Assembly: GCA_963768425.1 (NCBI GenBank)
Contig: CAVYHV010000011.1
Coordinates: 1 to 12,995, forward strand
Direction: 5' to 3'
Origin: Candidatus Bathyarchaeota archaeon
GTDB lineage: Archaea > Thermoproteota > Bathyarchaeia > Bathyarchaeales > Bathycorpusculaceae
Length of the DNA: 12,995 bases
The notes under the pieces are model-generated. The model was given only the letters and a program-made list of their open reading frames with translations. It did not search any database and was not told where the DNA came from. Positions 1-8,318 of the stretch are shown piece after piece (position 1 is the stretch's first letter; each line of letters starts with the position of its first letter). The position numbers and the translations under genes are program-made.

Positions 1-2
1 CT

Positions 3-302
3 TTGAACTGGATGAGAGACTTTGAAGAAATCAAAGAAACAGATGTCACTCTAACAAGCGAAGAGAAAAAAGCAATCAACGAGTTAATCACAGAACTGGA
101 AACTGAAGAAGAACCAGACAAAATCCAAAACGCCATCTTTAATACTGCAAAAAACAACGGCATACAGCCCAACGGCTTCTTCAAAACTCTATACAAGATT
201 TTGATCGGTGCCCCGCAGGGTCCACGTTGCGGACCATATGTGCTTGCCATGGGGAAACAAAACGTTATAGCCGCTCTCAAAAGGACACTTAGCAAAAGTT
301 AA
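3..302 (+). CDS. lysS: Class I lysyl-tRNA synthetase, C-terminal anticodon-binding domain (5'-partial)
   Basis: Frame is open from the window edge to TAA at 300-302. NWxxDF...IQNAIFxxAK...FFKTLYKILIGAPQGPRxGP matches the helical C-terminal domain of archaeal class I LysRS. Confidence 0.88.
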   Translation: MNWMRDFEEIKETDVTLTSEEKKAINELITELETEEEPDKIQNAIFNTAKNNGIQPNGFFKTLYKILIGAPQGPRCGPYVLAMGKQNVIAALKRTLSKS

Positions 303-314
303 CGTCTCAGAATC

Positions 315-437
315 TTTTCTTCGCTGTAGCGCCGTCTTTTGGCGTTACGTTAGCGCAATTGAAGAGGTCTGGATGCGGAGCCATATGTCCGTTTGGAGGA
401 CGAATAAGGCGCGTGTCGTTCACTTTAGCGAGGAGAG
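315..437 (+). other. Putative structured intergenic element (candidate ncRNA or 3'-UTR structure)
   Basis: Outer stem 315-325 pairs with 427-437 (11 bp, including G-U). It encloses hairpins 326-334/340-348 and 368-379/388-397. The non-Watson-Crick pairs are G-U on the + strand. Family not recognised. Confidence 0.3.
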
Positions 438-491
438 AACGAAAATGGAAAGGGACCAGAATGAAAAAATGAAAACAAATAACAAACTACA

Positions 492-1586
492 TCAGGTCCG
501 TGCATTTTTTTTGCGGTTAGTTGGCCAATATTTTGGTTGCATAACATCATTGTCAATTAATGAAGGGAACAAGTTTAGAGGCCATGAAGGAGGCATTTTT
601 GTTAGAAAAGCCTCTGCGGTTTCTATACCGCTGATTCTTCTAATTTTCTCATTAGTCTCAAACATTTTCCCGAAATCTTCTATAGCAACTGCGCAGTATA
701 GGTCATAAGAACTTGTAAGTCTTACAATAACTATCAAGTTTGAAATTTGCAGCAGTTGAGAATATATCTCTGGCATTTTGCTTCGGTTTGAAACTTTTAA
801 GTATATGTTTGCAAGAGCATTGTATCCGAGCTTATTCAGGTTGAGAGTTATAGTGGAGAGAGTTAACAAGTTTTCTCTAAGTTTTTTGTACCTTTGCATT
901 ACCGCTTTACTTGAAATGTCCAATTGCGCGGCAATTTTCTTAAAGGGAGTTCGAGAATTTTCCGAAAGAATCTTGGCAATTTTTCTATCTATTTCGTCAA
1001 TTTCTAATGGTGTTTTATCAAGATTAGTTAGAGGTGGCATGTGATTGTTTTTTTGTTTATTTTCACGACATAGTGGTTTGATAATTAAGTTTTGAGGGTA
1101 TTCTACATTTACTGCCTCTGCCCAGATTAAAGCCTCAACATGTTTGATGTTGTGGTTTGATTCTAAATCTTCAATTATCTCATGTAACTTATTGAGGTGT
1201 CTTAATGCAACTTTTCCGTCAAAATTGTATTTGCCCAGTGGGCTGATCAATTCGGAGATGTACGGTTTGCTTTCAAGAAATTTTGCGACTTCTTTTTCAT
1301 TTTCTATAGCACTTATGATGCCTAACTCTATAATGTGGCGATATCCTAAAGCATGAGGGTTCACAAGCATCTTTTCGCCGTTGATTACGCCATCTCTCCA
1401 TAAACGTTTATAGCGCATCCTAACAGCGGTGACTGTGATTTTACATTCTTTGGCGATATCGGTAAACCTAGTGCGTGATTCACATAAGAGCATCTTCAAA
1501 ATTTTTGCGTCAATTTCATCGATTTTTATACGATCCACCAAAATCGCTGCCTTTTCAGACCCTGAAATCTTGTCAGGCGTCTTCAT
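492..1586 (-). CDS. Tandem (double) Lrp/AsnC-family transcriptional regulator, HTH-RAM-HTH-RAM
   Basis: Intact 364-aa ORF with two Lrp HTH units (IDEIDAKILKMLLCESRTRFTDIAKECKITVTAVRMRYKRL and IDEIDRKIAKILSENSRTPFKKIAAQLDISSKAVMQRYKKL). Each is followed by an LGY motif and a RAM-like domain (LGKYNF; LTSSYDL). Confidence 0.92.
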   Translation of the reverse strand: MKTPDKISGSEKAAILVDRIKIDEIDAKILKMLLCESRTRFTDIAKECKITVTAVRMRYKRLWRDGVINGEKMLVNPHALGYRHIIELGIISAIENEKEVAKFLESKPYISELISPLGKYNFDGKVALRHLNKLHEIIEDLESNHNIKHVEALIWAEAVNVEYPQNLIIKPLCRENKQKNNHMPPLTNLDKTPLEIDEIDRKIAKILSENSRTPFKKIAAQLDISSKAVMQRYKKLRENLLTLSTITLNLNKLGYNALANIYLKVSNRSKMPEIYSQLLQISNLIVIVRLTSSYDLYCAVAIEDFGKMFETNEKIRRISGIETAEAFLTKMPPSWPLNLFPSLIDNDVMQPKYWPTNRKKNART

Positions 1587-1677
1587 GCCGTTTTATGTAA
1601 GATCTCCCTTTTAATTTTTGCTCCTGACGTTCAGAAGCATGCTTGAGCGTATTATTTAAGGCTTATTAGTGCAGAAG

Positions 1678-1752
1678 TGTACATTGAGGCTGTTTAAGCA
1701 GGTCGTTTGAACAAATGTACAATTAAAGAATGCTCCTAAATGCTATTTTACA
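1678..1752. promoter_or_regulatory. Candidate operator boxes upstream of the Lrp gene
   Basis: TGTACA palindromes at 1678-1683 and 1716-1721 and a TTTACA variant at 1747-1752, each followed by (A)TT. Spacing is 38 and 31 bp. Confidence 0.25.
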
Positions 1753-1835
1753 ATTGCAATCTTTTAGGTTGTCCCCCTTTTCGTCAACAAAGCTTCTAAT
1801 TTCTGCGGAGCCAAAAGAAGGGAAATCCGGGTGAC

Positions 1836-2178
1836 GGACGACTCAAAACCTTGAATTTTCTTTTTCCTCTTGAACTCAAAGAAAGGATACACGCATAGTT
1901 GAAACTTAAAGAAGCACATGCGGACATTTTCAGCCTTTGGATTAATCGGAATGACAGATTTAACCCTTGTTGGCCGATGGTGTTTAATTGCCTTAATTTT
2001 TTTTGAGAAGCGCCCAACAGCTTATGGAGCAGTTGTGCCTACAATCGACAGAGACAAATGCCTCAGAAGGCATCGCAATACATGAGTTGCTCTCGCAATC
2101 GGCGAGCTCTTGACAAAGGTGATGGCTTTAAGACTTGACAGACTCGAAAAAAACCAAACCGCAACTAGAATGCGATAA
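1836..2178 (+). pseudogene. Possible decayed or error-broken hypothetical gene
   Basis: Protein-like fragments GRLKTLNFLFPLELKERIHA*LKLKEAHADIFSLWINRNDRFNP and (one indel) ASEGIAIHELLSQ/IGELLTKVMALRLDRLEKNQTATRMR* ending at TAA 2176-2178. No family recognised. Confidence 0.25.
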
Positions 2179-2310
2179 CAGAAATTAACAAAAACCAATC
2201 AAATTAGTATCAAACCCTTAGCTTACCGGACATTTTTTGTAGATTTTAAGCCTCTACCATTTAAAAATGTGAAATTTTTTTATGCAATTAGGCCCTTTTT
2301 TGGGATTTCA

Positions 2311-2326
2311 CGCAAAGTCTTATAAG
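2311..2326 (+). promoter_or_regulatory. BRE + TATA box of the large surface-protein gene
   Basis: CGCAAAGT-CTTATAAG about 80 nt upstream of the ATG at 2406. Implies a transcription start near 2345-2350. Confidence 0.55.
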
Positions 2327-2347
2327 CAGTAGCGATAATAGGCTTTA

Positions 2348-2377
2348 TTGGGCAAGAGCATTAGGTTTCTTGCTCAA
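2348..2377 (+). promoter_or_regulatory. 5'-UTR stem-loop at the predicted transcript start
   Basis: TTGGGCAAGAG (2348-2358) pairs with TTCTTGCTCAA (2367-2377): 11 bp with two G-U pairs. Confidence 0.4.
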
Positions 2378-2405
2378 ATAAAAATAAATTAGAAGGAAAA
2401 TAAAA

Positions 2406-5145
2406 ATGCAAAAACTATCAAGTAAAATCGTAGCTATTATCATTAGTTTGCTTATGATATTTTCAATAGGAGGAGCTTTTACATCGCTAATACAAAATGC
2501 GCACGCGGCAGATCAATGTCCCAACAGAAGCCTTCATTAATGTCGCCCCTAACCCTTGCGGTGTCGGTCAAACAGTGACCATTGACTTTTGGCTTGGTGT
2601 ACCTTTACTAAGACAGCGCATATCCCACGGGCATGACAATTTATGTCAGGGTTGCCTGACGGAACCACTACAACACTAGGACCATTTATCGGGGATGCAA
2701 CCGGAGGCACACACACCACGTACACACCCACGACAACTGGCACCTACACATTCTACATGGACGTATGCTGGACAAAATCTTACGGACATCAGGGCTATGT
2801 ACAGGCTATTACGAAGAACCCAGCACGAGTGCCACTGTAACGCTTACGGTGACGAATACGCCTGCAACCCAAGAGTCCATATTACTCCGCTTCCAACTAC
2901 ATACTGGCAGACTCCAGTTAACGCAGAAAACGTTCAAAACTGGTACGCCATCACTGGACCATGGCTTGGCTTAGCAGCGAACTTTTGTTCGCGAACGTAC
3001 AATGGACAGTGTACAATTGCCGCCGGAAACTATAACCCATACACTACAGCGCCAACCACTGGTCACATCCTCTGGACAACGCCTTGGTGTGAGGGAGGAG
3101 TGGCTGGTGGAGATGCGGTGCAGCGAACTGAATCAGGCGACTACTGGATAACATCGCAGTACGAGCCTAAATGGGCACCAGTTGTAATCAACGGCATAAT
3201 GTACTCTACTTGGTACACTACAACTACATGTTAATCGAATGGCATACGGGCATTGAACTTATACACTGGTCAACAATTGTGGGTAATAAACACCACTAAT
3301 CCTTTAATTATGCGGCTATGGTAACCTATTTACCAGACAATTAACCAGTACGGCTATGTCGGTCCATACATTTGGACCACAGGAACTCTTCCTGCATCGT
3401 AACTGGCGGAACAGCATATCCAACAGTAGCCTGGCTCGAACCAAATGGAACATGTATGATGCCCTCACTGGAAACTATATCTGCAGCATCGTCAACGGCA
3501 CTCACAGGGTTGGCTTATCGGACGGCGCTATGACGGATCCAAATGGAAACATGTTAATGTACTACGACAACGCAACTGCTGGCACACAAATAATATATCC
3601 AAATAACGCAGCTGCGCTTCTAAGCGGTGAACGGTAACAACTACTGGACCCACACTGACCATGTTTAACTTTACACAGGCTCTTCAGACAAGCAGAATTT
3701 CGATTCAACAACAGGCAGATTGGCGATTGGGACTGTAACCAAGATTACCGTATCTTTCAATTCTGGATTAATCTGGTCAGTGCAAACAATACCTTCTATC
3801 GGTGTCACATAGCCACTGTATCTCTTTTGAGGTCGTTCGGCGGCAGTTGATTCGCTGGATTAACTCAGTTCGTAATGGAAGCGTGTCGAAATGACCTACG
3901 GAGTAGAACGGAATGACCTCTGTCGGTGAAACATCTGGCTAGTAATTGAAGCGGGCTTCAGTTTGACAAACTTCGCACTGCTATGGACGGATAACATCAC
4001 AGAAACTCCCATACATGTAATATACAAGGCTAATGAGAATGGATATTGGATTTAGCGGCGATGGAGTCTGCATAAACCTCAATGGCAACAAACTGATGTA
4101 GTCAGATCGGCTCTCATTGGCAACAGGCGAATTAGCTATGGACAAACACTCTTACTGGCGCTAACGGTGCACCTGCAAATCCTTATGACACTATCGATAT
4201 ATATGACTATTGTTGAACTGGAAACGCGTAGAATAATTTATGGCTTTGGAGGAGACATGTGGGCTGTCAACATCTAACGGAGCACATCATCTGGTACACG
4301 AATACAACCGCACTCTTTGGCAGTCCAGGACTTGAAACTCCCTACGGTACTTGGCCAATATGGATTATTCAGTAACGTTGATCAAGAGTCGAACACTGCT
4401 GGTATATCTACGCTGAAGGTCACGAGTACGATCCGCCGCTATTCCACGATGCTCAAGAGTTTGCACTAAACTGCACTACCGGACAGCTGGTATGGAGCGT
4501 ACTGGCTTCGACACTACGGCGGCGAAATTTCATACGGAATCATACTGGGCTTAAACGCATACGACGGTCAAATATACGCTTACGGTCAAGGACCAAGCGC
4601 AACCACTGTTACGGCACCTGACGTTGGCGTAACAACTGGCACACCAGTCGTCATAAGCGGCACAGTGATGGATGTCTCACCAGGCGCATCGCAAGAAGCA
4701 GTAAAAGCGGACTTCCCCAACGGTCTACCAGCAGTATCTGACGCAAGCCAGAGCCAATTCATGGAACCGTATACGAGCAGCAGCCAGAGCCAACACAACG
4801 TAACCGGTGTTCCAGTCACTTTGACTGACATTGATCCAACGGCAACTACGAGACAATCGGCACAACCACCAGCGACGTTAACCGGCGCCTACGGTATAAC
4901 TTGGACGCCTCCAATTGCAGGCAACTACACTATCACCGCTACCTTCGCAGGCCAGGAGCTACTATGGATCATACGCTACAACATACCTATACGCAGGCGC
5001 AGCAGCAGCAACACCCCCACCAACAGCGACACCTCAAAGCCTAACCAATCGGCAACGACGTCCATACTTGGAATCGCAGCAATAGTCGTAATAATCATAA
5101 TCGGCGCAGTACTAGCACTACTGCATGCTAAGAAAACGACCATAA
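2406..5145 (+). CDS. Large secreted, membrane-anchored PQQ-binding-like beta-propeller surface protein (~900 aa), heavily frameshifted
   Basis: Signal peptide MQKLSSKIVAIIISLLMIFSIGGAFTSLIQNAHA from ATG 2406, preceded by GAAGGA. Collinear fragments across frames: AFINVAPNPCGVGQTVTIDFWL, PLPTTYWQTPVNAEN, YNPYTTAPTTGHILWTTP, ALNLYTGQQLW, WNMYDALTGNYI, ETPYGTWP, GHEYDPPLF, ALNCTTGQLVW, NAYDGQIYAYGQGPSATTVTAP, GTVMDVSPG, FPNGLPAVSDAS, TWTPPIAGNYTITATFAG. C-terminal TM helix + MLRKRP* (TAA 5143-5145). Confidence 0.85.
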
Positions 5146-5170
5146 AACACAGCACAAACAAAAAATCCAC

Positions 5171-5189
5171 TTTCCCTTTTTTTAGTTTT
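5171..5189 (+). terminator. Pyrimidine/oligo-T archaeal terminator
   Basis: TTTCCCTTTTTTTAGTTTT about 25 nt after the surface-protein stop codon. Confidence 0.45.
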
Positions 5190-5615
5190 AAAAAGCAATG
5201 GAGAAAAGAAGGGCTGAGAAGGCTCTGGATAAAATTCACGAAAGTACAGTCAGAATAGAATTTGCATTTTTTTTCTCCTAAAAATGTTCCGGAGCCTCAG
5301 CAAACCCTAAATGCTCTAAGAAGCCACCAACAGCATCGTTTTTTAATCTAAATTTTCTTTTATCAACCAAGCTTTAAGCAATAAAAATCAAATTGGCATT
5401 TGCAGTGAGAAAGCTGACTTCATCTTGGTGACTATTCATTCGATGGTTCTTGATTGTAGGCAAGTAAGTCTTAAATTGTGTTTGAAAACACAAAAATCTC
5501 TCAAATATAAAGGGAAAATGCAGTTTAAGTGAACTTTCTATTCTTCCCTTGTCCGTTTCAATATTCCTCTCAAAGCTGGCAATGGTACTTGTTTTCTTTT
5601 CCGGAAGAAATTACC

Positions 5616-7628
5616 TTACCTTCTCTTCTTTGCAATGATAGCGGCAGACAAAACTATGATCATAGAGCCAGCTAACGTTATTCCTAAAGATTGGGCAGGA
5701 AATTCTGGAACCGTTAGGGATGGGGTAGCGGTAGCTGTTGGAGTAGGAGCGGCTGCAGGTATACCTGTTGGAGTTGGTGTTGATGTTGGAGACGGAGCTG
5801 GAGTAAAAGTAACCAAAGCCGTAACTACAACGTTCGGAGATTGAGCTGATGTTGCGCCTGAACTGTCGGTAACTGTTGCGGTGATCGAGTAGGAACCTGT
5901 GGAAGGAGGAACGAAACTAAATGTTGATGCAGATCTCCAATCTTTCCAGACCCATCTACGTACCACTGGTAACTTGTGTAAGATCCTGAACCGCCGTTGG
6001 GGACAGCAGTAAAGAGTTGAGACTGCCCAACAACCAAAGTAGCAGTTATAGGCGAGATAGTAACGGAAGGAGCAGCATTCACCGTAACCGAAGTGGCACT
6101 CGAAGTCACTTGCGCCTCAGCGTTATCCGTCACTTGAAGCTCAAAACTCCAAGATCCCATGGCCGTCGAGACCCGTAGTAGCAAAAAAATCGCTAGATGA
6201 AGTTGCACCACTAATAGCCATGTAAGAACTAGCATTAGGAGCCTCTGCAAACCACTGAAACGTGTAAGGAGAAGTGCCCGTCGTTACCGAGGACAAAGTC
6301 AAACTCCTAGTCTGACTCTGATTCACCGTCCTAGGAGTAGCGGTCACGGAAGGAGCAACTGAGGCAGAATTAGAGTTAGACCAACACAGGAGAAGATTGA
6401 GCTGATGTTGCGCCTGAACTGTCGGTAACTGTTGCGGTGATCGAGTAGGAACCTGTGGAAGCAGGAACGAAACTAAACGTTGATGCGATCTGTCCAGACT
6501 GCGCAGCTCCATCCACATACCACTGGTAACTGGTGTAAGTGCCTGAACCGCCAAGCAGTAACAGTTAACGTGGCAGATTGTCCCGTATCCATAGTCCATG
6601 AAGAAGGCGACACACTCACGATCAGAGCACCAGTGTCAGCGCTTGCTATCACCGAGACCGTACCGCTTTCAAGGTTTGTGGCGTAGGCGTATGCTCCGTT
6701 GGGTGTTATAGCCATGCCAACAGAATCGACTCCGAGGGGTTATCGTGGTTGTCACCGTGTTCGTAGCCGTGCTTATAACCGAGACCGTGCCATCGAAGAC
6801 CGTGCCGTCGAAGGTATTTGTAACGTAGACGTGTTCGCCGTTGGGCGTAACAGCCACACCTAAGGGGGCCGATTCCGACGGTGACCGTCGTCGTCATAGA
6901 ATTCGTAGAAGTGCTTATGATCGAGACCGAATTGCTGCCTTTATTTGTAACATAGGCGTATGCTCCGTTGGGCGTTACAGCTACACCCTCCGGAGTGCTT
7001 CCAACGGTTATGGTCGCCGACACCGCGTTCGTAGCCGTGCTAATTACTGAAACCGTACCGCTGCCATCATTTGTAACATAGGCGTACGCGCCGTTGGGTG
7101 TTATAGCTACGCAAGCAGGACCGTTTCCAACGGTTATTGTAGTCTCAACGATTTTCGTGAGCGTGCTTATTACTGAGACTGTGCCGCTGCCAAGGTTCGT
7201 GACGTAGGCGTATTCTCCATTGGGTGTTATGGCAACATCAACAGGAAAGATTCCAACGGTTATCGTGGCTGTCACATTACTCGTAGTTGTACTTAGACTG
7301 TGCCGCTGCCAAGGTTCGTGACGTAGGCGTATTCTCCATTGGGCGTTAAAGTCACGCCCCATGGATTGCTTCCAACGGTTATTGTAGTCTCAACGATGTT
7401 CGTGAGCGTGCTTATTACTGAGACTGTGCCGCTGCCTTCATTTGTAACGTAGGCATATTCGCCGTTGGGAGTTACAGCCACACCTAAAGGATCGTTTAAA
7501 CCATTAATTGTCGCCGTCACCGCGTTTGTGGCTTGAACTGACTGAGGTAATAATGCGAAAGCAGAGAACAAGCAGATGGCGAGAAGGATAAAGCCAACTC
7601 TCAAAGTCTTCGTTTTTCCTTGCTTCAT
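5616..7628 (-). CDS. Cell-surface glycoprotein: signal peptide + 7 YVTN beta-propeller repeats + 3 Ig/PKD-like domains + Pro/Thr linker + PEF-CTERM; several frameshifts
   Basis: ATG at 7628 with an upstream GGTGA SD and signal peptide MKQGKTKTLRVGFILLAICLFSAFALLPQSVQA. Seven ~42-aa repeats PxGVAVTPNGxYAYVTNxGSGTVSVIST. Three domains with Y/FQWY/F and S(I/F)xxxVTD strands. PTSTPTPT linker, then VPEFP + TM + AKKRR*. Stitched from ORFs 7293-7628, 6706-7362, 6669-6857, 6473-6715, 6141-6599, 5825-6250 and 5616-5966. Confidence 0.9.
5838..6486. repeat. 93-bp direct repeat (5838-5930 / 6394-6486) = duplicated Ig-like domain
   Basis: 91/93 identical at offset 556 bp. Weaker similarity continues to 5995/6552. 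Confidence 0.9.
7125..7436. repeat. Near-identical nucleotide repeats among YVTN blades
   Basis: 7125-7191 vs 7370-7436 is 66/67 identical; 7176-7224 vs 7295-7343 is 49/49 identical. The period is 126 bp, except one unit of 119 bp (7-bp deletion at 7294/7295). Confidence 0.9.
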
Positions 7629-7702
7629 TCTTTCAACTCACCAATCAAACTGTTAGCTGATTTTAACGTGCCTTTTTTTCTTCGGTCTGATGCCATTTGT
7701 TG

Positions 7703-7716
7703 TAAAGTTTTTATTA
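7703..7716 (+). promoter_or_regulatory. BRE/TATA-like promoter of the tRNA gene
   Basis: TAAAG-TTTTTATTA centred about 30 nt upstream of G7742. Confidence 0.5.
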
Positions 7717-7741
7717 TTCGGTTGTGGTATTCTGCGTATGT

Positions 7742-7864
7742 GGGCTCGTCTGTACTAAGTACAATGGTTAAGTCCAGTATCACTGGATTTTCTCCAGAAT
7801 GACGGATTATGACACCGGCCTGCGGAGCCGGAGGTCCTGGGGTCAAATCCCAGCGGGCCCGCCA
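7742..7864 (+). tRNA. tRNA-Arg(GCG) with ~40-45 extra nt in the D-arm region (probable non-canonical intron) and encoded CCA
   Basis: Acceptor stem GGGCTCG (7742-7748) / CGGGCCC (7854-7860), discriminator G7861, CCA 7862-7864. Anticodon arm CCGGC-CTGCGGA-GCCGG (7815-7831), anticodon GCG at 7822-7824. Variable loop AGGTC. T arm CTGGG-GTCAAAT-CCCAG (T54 reads G). The 3' portion 7804-7864 is unambiguous; the 5' end and intron are inferred. Confidence 0.85.
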
Positions 7865-7876
7865 GCTCAGCCCTTT

Positions 7877-8265
7877 TTATGCAGGATTAAGCCGTTGCAG
7901 CTTTAGCTTTCTGAGATCGGCTGCACAATAAGGACAGAAATTGTTTTCTGAAGAGATGGTTTTTCTGCAGAACGGGACAGCTTTTCCGCTATACCTGACG
8001 ACACTTTTGTACTTGTTGCTTGTCTGTAGCTTTTGCATTCCCTATACAACTTCTTATATAATCTCAGTTCTCGTTCACATTGAAGCCGACATAACCAAGA
8101 AACTGGAAAAGCAAACAACAACGTAGCTGTTAATATTAAATCGGGAGGTTGGCTAAACCACGTCAAGGCTAACAGTACCAATATCCCTGTAGGCACGTAT
8201 GGTAAACCTAGCAAGGCTTTGACTAAACGATATATTGCCTTTATACACCTAATAGCCGAATTCAT
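7877..8265 (-). CDS. Small membrane protein (2 TM) with a C-terminal zinc ribbon hidden by a frameshift
   Basis: GGAG SD before ATG 8265. Hydrophobic segments GILVLLALTWF and LILTATLLFAFPVSWL. After an indel near 7975-7982, another frame reads (C)PFCRKTISSENNFCPYCAADLRKLKLQRLNPA* (TAA at 7877-7879). Confidence 0.65.
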
Positions 8266-8318
8266 CGTTTATGTCTCCTGTGAAGGTAGCCCTTGTTTCT
8301 TGGTCAAACGACAATTGC

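Noticed and set aside
405-423. GGCGCGTGTCGTTCAC resembling an IS200/IS605 right end
   Set aside because: The matching arm of the subterminal hairpin is absent, and there is no tnpA/tnpB remnant.
373-1614. Plus-strand ORFs 373-708, 778-1044, 1144-1356 and 1429-1614
   Set aside because: Antisense shadows of the double-Lrp gene with no recognisable motifs.
2058-2105. Run of short hairpins (ATGCCT/AGGCAT, GCAA/TTGC, CTCGC/GCGAG) as a structured RNA
   Set aside because: The stems are only 4-6 bp, and the same bases read as a plausible protein fragment.
5838-6486. 93-bp repeat pair as a DGR template/variable region
   Set aside because: Only two mismatches, not adenine-specific. Both copies are coding domains of the same gene, and there is no reverse transcriptase in the window.
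6660-7520. 126-bp periodic repeats as a non-coding array
   Set aside because: They translate to YVTN propeller blades.
7625-7846. 73-aa minus-strand ORF whose stop overlaps the YVTN gene start (ATGA); considered as a truncated gene or a split SSV-type integrase fragment
   Set aside because: It runs antisense through the tRNA and its promoter and has no tyrosine-recombinase motifs, so it is best explained as a shadow ORF. Reconsider only if the tRNA proves to be a 5'-truncated scar.
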